Shown: piece by piece, positions 58,260 to 64,000 of the stretch | Position numbering within the stretch: position 1 is the stretch's first letter | Layout: the number at the start of each line of letters is the position of its first letter | Origin: Myxococcales bacterium | GTDB lineage: Bacteria > Myxococcota_A > UBA9042 > JABWCM01 > BTVJ01 | Assembly (NCBI GenBank): GCA_045863395.1 | Contig: BTVJ01000018.1 | Location: 49,326-113,325, forward strand | Length of the DNA: 64,000 nucleotides | Reading direction: 5' to 3' | Translations under genes and position numbers: made by a program | Notes under the pieces: generated by a model | Told to the model about the DNA's origin: nothing | Seen by the model: only the letters and a program-made list of their open reading frames with translations | The model's database searches: none

Positions 58260-59207
58260 ATGATGCGTAACAGTCTGTGTCTCCTCGTCCTTGCCGTGGT
58301 GACGTGGCAGGCATCGTGCCGCCGGTCCGACCCGCCGCAGGCAGCACGGGTGCCTGCCGAACCGCCGCCGACCGTCGGCGACGGTCGCGCAGCAGCGAGT
58401 GATGCCGGCGTGGCGGAGGCGGTGGAGGCGCCGCTGCCCCCCGGCGTCGAGGAGGCGCTCCGGGACGTCCGCGACAAGCGGAAGTGCAACAGGGTGATGG
58501 GGTGCCCGCCCGTGGAGGCCCTGCTTCGGGCGGGCGTGGTGTCGGTGGCGCCCATGGTGGAGCTGCTGCGGCAGTCTCGGGGCGATGCGTACTGGAGGCC
58601 CGTGCTCGTGCGCGCGCTGGGCACCATCGGTCACCGCGGCGCCCTGCCCCTGCTGCGGGAGCAGCTCACCGACCCGCTCTGGCTGATCCGCACAGAGGCC
58701 ACCATCGCGCTCGGGCGTATGCGCGACGCCGAGTCCATCGACACGCTGCGCTCTCTGCTGGCGAGGGCGGACGGGGAGGACAAGGTCGCTGAGCGGGCAG
58801 CGCTCGGCTACGCATTGGAGCGCCTCGGCGTGGAGGGAGGGCGCGGGGCGCTCGCGGAGGTGCTGACACCGGAGGCCGTATCGCGCAACAACTGGGGGTA
58901 CACGGCCATTGCCGTGGAGCTGGCGGCGGAGCTGGGCATCAGGGAGACGCTCCCAGGGATCCGAGCCGCGGCGAAGCACCCGGACGTCTTCCTGCGCAAG
59001 GCGGCCTTTGCCGCGCTCGGCGCGCTGCGGGACGAGGAGGCGGCGCGGCTCCTGGTCGACGGCCTGGATGACTCCATCCCCAGCGCGCGGAGCGTCGCCC
59101 GCGGGGCTCTCGAGGCCCTCACGGGGGAGGAGCGCACAGAGGAGGAGTGGCGGAGGTGGTGCACCAACGGGGGCTGTGAGGGACCCGGTCGGGACGCTGC
59201 GCCGTGA
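58260..59207 (+). CDS. HEAT-repeat lipoprotein
   Basis: Lipobox QASC; repeated 'R..A..ALG.I/L' HEAT/PBS units. Confidence 0.8.
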   Translation: MMRNSLCLLVLAVVTWQASCRRSDPPQAARVPAEPPPTVGDGRAAASDAGVAEAVEAPLPPGVEEALRDVRDKRKCNRVMGCPPVEALLRAGVVSVAPMVELLRQSRGDAYWRPVLVRALGTIGHRGALPLLREQLTDPLWLIRTEATIALGRMRDAESIDTLRSLLARADGEDKVAERAALGYALERLGVEGGRGALAEVLTPEAVSRNNWGYTAIAVELAAELGIRETLPGIRAAAKHPDVFLRKAAFAALGALRDEEAARLLVDGLDDSIPSARSVARGALEALTGEERTEEEWRRWCTNGGCEGPGRDAAP

Positions 59208-59324
59208 GCTCCGCCGCCGAAACCGGAGTGTGTGACTACCTCGCCGAGACCGTGGACCTGTCCCGCGGAGTGCGGTAGGGTCGGGCTCGGCGCGGAGGGC
59301 GCCCGGAACCCAAGGAGGCGAGCC

Positions 59325-60518
59325 ATGAAGGTGTTGATCGCGGACAAGCTGCCGCCGTTCGTCGCAGAGCAGCTCGTGGCCATGGACTGTGAGGTGGAGA
59401 TTCGCGCGGACGCTACCGCCGAGTCCCTCCCGGATCTGGTGGGGGGCGCCCAGGTGCTCGTCGTGCGCAGCACGAAGGTGACCGCTGCGACGCTCGCCGC
59501 CGGGCGGGAGCTCATGCTCGTGATTCGCGCTGGGTCGGGCACGAACACCATCGACGTGACGGAGGCTTCCCGGCGAGGGGTCTTCGTCGCCAACTGCCCG
59601 GGGTGCAACTCGGTCGCCGTGGCGGAGCTGGCCATGGGGCTGATCCTGTCCATCGACCGGAGGATCCCGGACAACGTGGCGGCGCTGCGCGAGCACCGCT
59701 GGCGCAAGAAGGAGTTCGGCAAGGCGGACGGGCTGCTCGGCAGGACGCTCGGGCTCGTCGGGCTCGGGGCCATCGGGCGGGAGCTCCTCGTCCGGGCGCG
59801 CGCCTTCGGGATGCGGGTCCTGGTGTGCGAGCCGAACCCGGCGGCGGCGGCAGGGATCCCCACGCCAGACCTGCGGACGGTCGACGAGATCTGCGCCGAG
59901 GCCGACATCATCTCGCTGCACGTCCCCCTGACGGGAGCGACCCGGGGCATGATCGGGCGCGCCCAGCTCGCCGCCATGAAGCGCGGCGCCATCCTGATCA
60001 ATACGGCGCGCGGAGGGCTCATCGACCGGGGGGCGATGCTGGAGGCCATCACCACCAACGGGCTCCGGGTCGGGCTCGACGTATATGACGACGAGCCCGC
60101 CGACGGCGAGGGCGTCATCGATGACCCCGTGGTGGACAACCCGGGCGTGACGGGGACGCACCACATCGGGGCATCGACACAGCAAGCCCAGGACGCGGTC
60201 GGCGCCGAGGTGGTGAACCTGGTCAGTCGGTTCAAGCTGACGGGCGGGGTGCCGAGCGCCGTCAACCTGGCGCGGGAGACGCCCGCGCGGTGGCAGCTCG
60301 TCGTGCGCCTCGTGGACCGGATCGGCGTGCTGGCAGGCGTGCTCGACGCCCTGCGGCGCGGGGAGGTCAACGTCCAGGAGGTCGAGAACCAGGTGTTTGC
60401 CGGCGCCGAGGCCGCCATCTGCCGCCTGCGCCTCGACACCCGGCCCTCGGACGACGTGCTGGCTGCCATCGACGGGATGGGCGACGACATCATCGGGATG
60501 CAGCTCGTCCCGCTGTGA
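59325..60518 (+). CDS. serA: D-3-phosphoglycerate dehydrogenase-like D-2-hydroxyacid dehydrogenase with ACT domain
   Basis: IRAGSG..TID, GLGAIG, INTARG, DVYDDEP, HIGAST, C-terminal ACT. SD AAGGAGG. Confidence 0.8.
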   Translation: MKVLIADKLPPFVAEQLVAMDCEVEIRADATAESLPDLVGGAQVLVVRSTKVTAATLAAGRELMLVIRAGSGTNTIDVTEASRRGVFVANCPGCNSVAVAELAMGLILSIDRRIPDNVAALREHRWRKKEFGKADGLLGRTLGLVGLGAIGRELLVRARAFGMRVLVCEPNPAAAAGIPTPDLRTVDEICAEADIISLHVPLTGATRGMIGRAQLAAMKRGAILINTARGGLIDRGAMLEAITTNGLRVGLDVYDDEPADGEGVIDDPVVDNPGVTGTHHIGASTQQAQDAVGAEVVNLVSRFKLTGGVPSAVNLARETPARWQLVVRLVDRIGVLAGVLDALRRGEVNVQEVENQVFAGAEAAICRLRLDTRPSDDVLAAIDGMGDDIIGMQLVPL

Positions 60519-60618
60519 CGTGCCCCGACCGAGGGGAGTGACCTTCCCTTGCCCGAGGGGCTCGATTCTGCTACTGACTTGCGACGCTTCGTGCACCACT
60601 TCACCGGAGAGGCCCCGA

Positions 60619-63018
60619 ATGAAAGCGCGCGCCCGTGTGCTCCTCGCAGCCGTAGGCTTCCTGACGTTCGCCGCCTGCGGCGACGACGGCGACGACTCCA
60701 CACCCGGAGGCGGCGACACGTCTACCGAGGACAGCGCCCAGGTCGACACCGGAGGGACGCCGGACGCCGGCGGAGGGGACACGGCGGTGACGCCCGACGT
60801 GCCCGAGGAGGACACGGGGGCTGGAGTGGACGTGGGCACGGTCGACACGGGATCCGGTGCCGACGGTGACGCGGGGGCGCCCTTGTGCCCCGACGATCAG
60901 GTGGAGTGCGTGGGCGACAACGGCCTGTCTGACCCGAGCCTGTGCCCCAACCTCACGGAGTTCGACTGCGTCGAGGGGTGCTGCGTCCCAGTGTTCAAGT
61001 GCAAGACCGATGCGGAGTGCGCGCCCCTTGCCGGGACGGACCTGTGCGCGGACCCGCGCTTCGACTGCCGCTGCGATGTGCCCTCGGGGGCGTGCGTGCA
61101 GTTCGTGTGCGTCGACGACGGATCCTGCGAGGCGGGTGAGATCTGCTCGAGCGGCGTGTGCAAGGCGGCGCCTGCCGTGGAGGACCTGCTCGCGCGCATC
61201 GAGTCCCGGGGGGGCGTCACCACGGAGGGCGCGGCGATCACCATCATCGGGGAGGCCTACGAGGCGGACGAGCCCACGGTGGTCGTCCGCGGGGTGGAGC
61301 TGGAGTGGGCGTCGTCGGATGCGCTCGTGGCGACCGTGGCGACGGGCGCCGACACCGCCGCGGCCACGGTGACGGGCGGCTCGAAGGCGGGGACGACGCA
61401 GCTCACGGTGCGGGTCAAGGGCGGGACCACCTGGAGCGCCCCCGTGCTGGTCACCAACTACGCGGCGCCGGCGGCGACCCGCGTCATCGGCGTGGATGCC
61501 AACTCGCGGGCGCCCCTGGCGCAAGGCTGGGTGCTGCTGCGCGGCGAGGACGGGTCCGAGGACAGCGGCGCGCTGGTCGACGGCGCCTTCGAGTCCAGCA
61601 CCGTGGCGCCGCCCATGGACGTGCACTTGTTCCCGGCGGCCCACGCCTACCTGTCGGCCTACCACGTGACCGACTCGGATGTGCTGCTGATGACCGCGCC
61701 GACCTTCCGCGCCAACCTGTCCATCGAGGAGGAGGGCGAGATCCTGCCCGAGAAGCAGGACGTCTCCGGGTCGGGCAGCATCGTCACCGGCAAGCCGGAC
61801 TTCTCGCTCTATACGAAGACGGGCGAGATCGGGCTCGGCATCACGAGCCTCGGCATCGGCGACGCCGTGTTCAGCTTCGACCTGCCCCAGATCATCGGAC
61901 CGGACGTGGAGCGGTACTACCACCCGGATGCGCCGTCGCTCTTCGCCTCGGACGGCGCCCAGGAGCTGCCCGGCGGCGTGACCTTCGAGTTCGCGGGCCC
62001 TGTGTTGGAGGAGTTCTGGCTCGCGGGCCTGCCCGGCACGACGACGCTCTGGTCCCTCGCGGGGCGCGTCGCCTCCAACGACCCGGATCTGTTCCCGAAG
62101 ATCAGCGAGATCATCGGGTCCATCGACGACGGCATCAACTTCCAGACCCTGCTGTCGGCGCTGTTCCCGCTGTTCAAGACCTTCTACAGCGGCGTCGACC
62201 GGTTCCTGACCCTGGAGCAGGTGCCCGTCTACCCGCCGCCCGTCGTGGACAGCGTGCTGACCATGCCGCTGGTCAACAAGATCGCGGTCACGCTGCCGGA
62301 GCTGCCGGGGGTCGGCCCTGCGGGGTGGGCTGACCTGGCGCTGGCCATCGGCGGCGCGCTCTCGCCCAACGGGCAGTTCACGCCGCTCGGGATCACGGCC
62401 GGGGCGGATCAGCCCTACAAGGACGCGCCCTCGGACGGCATCGTGGACGGGGACCCCGTCACGGAGGAGGTCAACGAGCCGCTGGACCTGCGCATGGCAC
62501 CCGCCCACTCCGGCCTGCAGGGCGCCCACACGCAGCTCGCCGTGCTGGTGGTGGCGGCCGCGCTGGACGTGGACGGCAAGTCAGAGAAGCCCGAGGCGGG
62601 CAGCGCCTACGTCGTGCGCAGCGCCACCGGCGAGAACGTCGACCTGGACGCCTCGGCCCCGGCGGAGGGCTTCCTGCCCATCTCGCTCGGCACGGTGTTC
62701 GGATCGGATGACCCGATGGATCGGTCGGTCAAGCTGGATCCGGTCGCGGGGGCCGACTTCCACCGGGTGGTGTTCCGCGGAGACTCTGCGACCCAGTGGA
62801 ACGTGTACCTGCCGCCTGGCGTGGACGAGGTGGAGATCCCGGATCCGGCGACCTTCGACCCGCCCCTGGAGGACCCGGCCGCCAAGGGCCGCTTCGTGGT
62901 CAACGCCTTCGAGCTGGAGGGCGGCACGCTGGACGGGCTACTGACCCCCGGCGGCGACACCCTGGACTCCCTCCTGCGCGTCGTCCGGCGTGCGTCCTAC
63001 ATCAGTGTGAAGAAGTAG
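60619..63018 (+). CDS. Large lipoprotein with Cys-rich repeats and Ig-like domain
   Basis: Lipobox FAAC, DTG/DAG stalk, C..D.EC / C..GE.C..GVC repeats, 'WASSD..VATV' Ig-like (Big_2) motif. Confidence 0.8.
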   Translation: MKARARVLLAAVGFLTFAACGDDGDDSTPGGGDTSTEDSAQVDTGGTPDAGGGDTAVTPDVPEEDTGAGVDVGTVDTGSGADGDAGAPLCPDDQVECVGDNGLSDPSLCPNLTEFDCVEGCCVPVFKCKTDAECAPLAGTDLCADPRFDCRCDVPSGACVQFVCVDDGSCEAGEICSSGVCKAAPAVEDLLARIESRGGVTTEGAAITIIGEAYEADEPTVVVRGVELEWASSDALVATVATGADTAAATVTGGSKAGTTQLTVRVKGGTTWSAPVLVTNYAAPAATRVIGVDANSRAPLAQGWVLLRGEDGSEDSGALVDGAFESSTVAPPMDVHLFPAAHAYLSAYHVTDSDVLLMTAPTFRANLSIEEEGEILPEKQDVSGSGSIVTGKPDFSLYTKTGEIGLGITSLGIGDAVFSFDLPQIIGPDVERYYHPDAPSLFASDGAQELPGGVTFEFAGPVLEEFWLAGLPGTTTLWSLAGRVASNDPDLFPKISEIIGSIDDGINFQTLLSALFPLFKTFYSGVDRFLTLEQVPVYPPPVVDSVLTMPLVNKIAVTLPELPGVGPAGWADLALAIGGALSPNGQFTPLGITAGADQPYKDAPSDGIVDGDPVTEEVNEPLDLRMAPAHSGLQGAHTQLAVLVVAAALDVDGKSEKPEAGSAYVVRSATGENVDLDASAPAEGFLPISLGTVFGSDDPMDRSVKLDPVAGADFHRVVFRGDSATQWNVYLPPGVDEVEIPDPATFDPPLEDPAAKGRFVVNAFELEGGTLDGLLTPGGDTLDSLLRVVRRASYISVKK

Positions 63019-63071
63019 ATCCCCTCCTCGGGGTGGGGCGGCTGTGGCGCCAGGCCCCACCTGGAGCTCCC

Positions 63072-64000
63072 ATGAAGAAGCTGTCCATCGTCATCCCGGC
63101 GTACAACGAGCGCCCTACCCTCCTCACCCTGCTGTCCCGTGTCATCGCGGTCGATCTGCGGCCCCTGGGGCTGTCGAAGGAGATCGTGATCGTTGACGAC
63201 GGTTCTTCGGACGGGACCCGCGAGATCATCGCCGCGCTCGGGCAGGACTGGCGAGCCGTGATGCTGCCGGCGCTGCGGAAGCGGGGCATCGACGCCGAGG
63301 CCGCGAAGGGCGTGTCCTTCCAGACCTGCCTGCACCCGCAGAACCGCGGCAAGGCGGCGGCGCTGCGCACCGGCTTCACGGAGGCGACGGGCGACATCGT
63401 GCTCGTGCAGGACGCGGACCTGGAGTACGACCCGCAAGACTACCCGCGGCTGCTGCACCCCATCCTGGAGGGGCGGGCGGACGTGGTGTACGGGAGCCGC
63501 TTCGTCAACACGGAGCGCCGGGTGCTCATGTTCTGGCACACGGTGGGCAACCGCCTGCTGACGCTGCTGGCCAACGCGGTGGCGGACCTGAACCTGACGG
63601 ACATGGAGACCTGCTACAAGGTCTTCCGCGCCGAGGTCATCAAGGGCATGAAGCTCGAGAGCGACCGCTTCGGGTTCGAGCCGGAGGTGACCATCAAGCT
63701 CGCGAAGATGCGATATCGCATCTACGAGGTGCCCATCAGCTACCACGGGCGCGGGTACGAGGCCGGCAAGAAGATCACGTGGAAGGACGGCTTCGAGGCG
63801 CTGTGGTGCATCGGCAAGTACGCGCTGTCGAACGACGTGGTGCAGGAGAAGGTGCTCGAGGAGACCCTCGAGAAGATGAGCGGCATGAGGCGCTTCAACG
63901 AGCACATGTACCGCACGATCAAGCCGTTCCTGGGGCGGAGCATCGTCGAGGCGGGCAGCGGTCACGGCAACATCACCGACTACCTGCTGGGCGGCGGCGC
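63072..64000 (+). CDS. Family-2 glycosyltransferase fused to class I SAM methyltransferase (truncated by window end)
   Basis: Hand-translated: LSIVIPAYNE, VDDGSSDGT, NRGK, QDADLEYDP, GSRF, DMETCYK, then 'IVEAGSGHGN' SAM motif I. Confidence 0.9.
   Translation, partial: MKKLSIVIPAYNERPTLLTLLSRVIAVDLRPLGLSKEIVIVDDGSSDGTREIIAALGQDWRAVMLPALRKRGIDAEAAKGVSFQTCLHPQNRGKAAALRTGFTEATGDIVLVQDADLEYDPQDYPRLLHPILEGRADVVYGSRFVNTERRVLMFWHTVGNRLLTLLANAVADLNLTDMETCYKVFRAEVIKGMKLESDRFGFEPEVTIKLAKMRYRIYEVPISYHGRGYEAGKKITWKDGFEALWCIGKYALSNDVVQEKVLEETLEKMSGMRRFNEHMYRTIKPFLGRSIVEAGSGHGNITDYLLGGG

Noticed and set aside
54933..60848. 1971-aa giant P-type ATPase
   Set aside because: The upstream 3.6 kb is open-frame run-through over other real genes; CopA starts at ATG 57215.

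Overview
High-GC, densely coding bacterial chromosomal window. GltG/AgmX-like and CglB-like VWA proteins and many Cys-rich lipoproteins with Asp/Thr/Gly stalks point to a Myxococcota-like (deltaproteobacterial) host; this is inference. I found no rRNA, tRNA, CRISPR array, transposase or integrase. Main blocks: (1) 0.6-9.9 kb, a minus-strand contractile-injection-system (CIS) baseplate module: small Zn-ribbon gene, gp25, an enlarged gp6/J-like protein, a PASTA-fused gp7/tail-I-like protein and a fibre-like protein. It is followed by FHA, VWA-TM-FHA and Yip1 genes, and no tube, sheath or spike gene is in the window. (2) Surface lipoproteins (VWA, six-Kazal), YyaL, a PqaA-like protein, a metallophosphoesterase and Mrp/ApbC. 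(3) A complete phoB-phoR-pstSCAB-phoU locus with visible 11-bp-phased Pho boxes, preceded by a translationally coupled PBP1A/FG-GAP/orphan SBP/orphan histidine kinase/DUF4476 operon. (4) tatA, TPR proteins and a GltG-like protein. (5) A suhB-linked MCE (Mla-like) operon whose two ATPases are reciprocally degenerate. (6) An L,D-transpeptidase, a large lipoprotein with a caspase/gingipain-like dyad, and an unannotated ~178-nt 6S-like rod-shaped RNA starting where a consensus sigma54 promoter predicts. (7) EfpL, a YXWGXW protein, CopA, a SerA-like dehydrogenase, more lipoproteins and a truncated GT2-methyltransferase. The strongest novelty candidates are the PASTA/FHA/VWA-linked baseplate-only CIS operon and the sigma54-driven 6S-like RNA. 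All family calls come from motif recognition by eye; no database searches were run.
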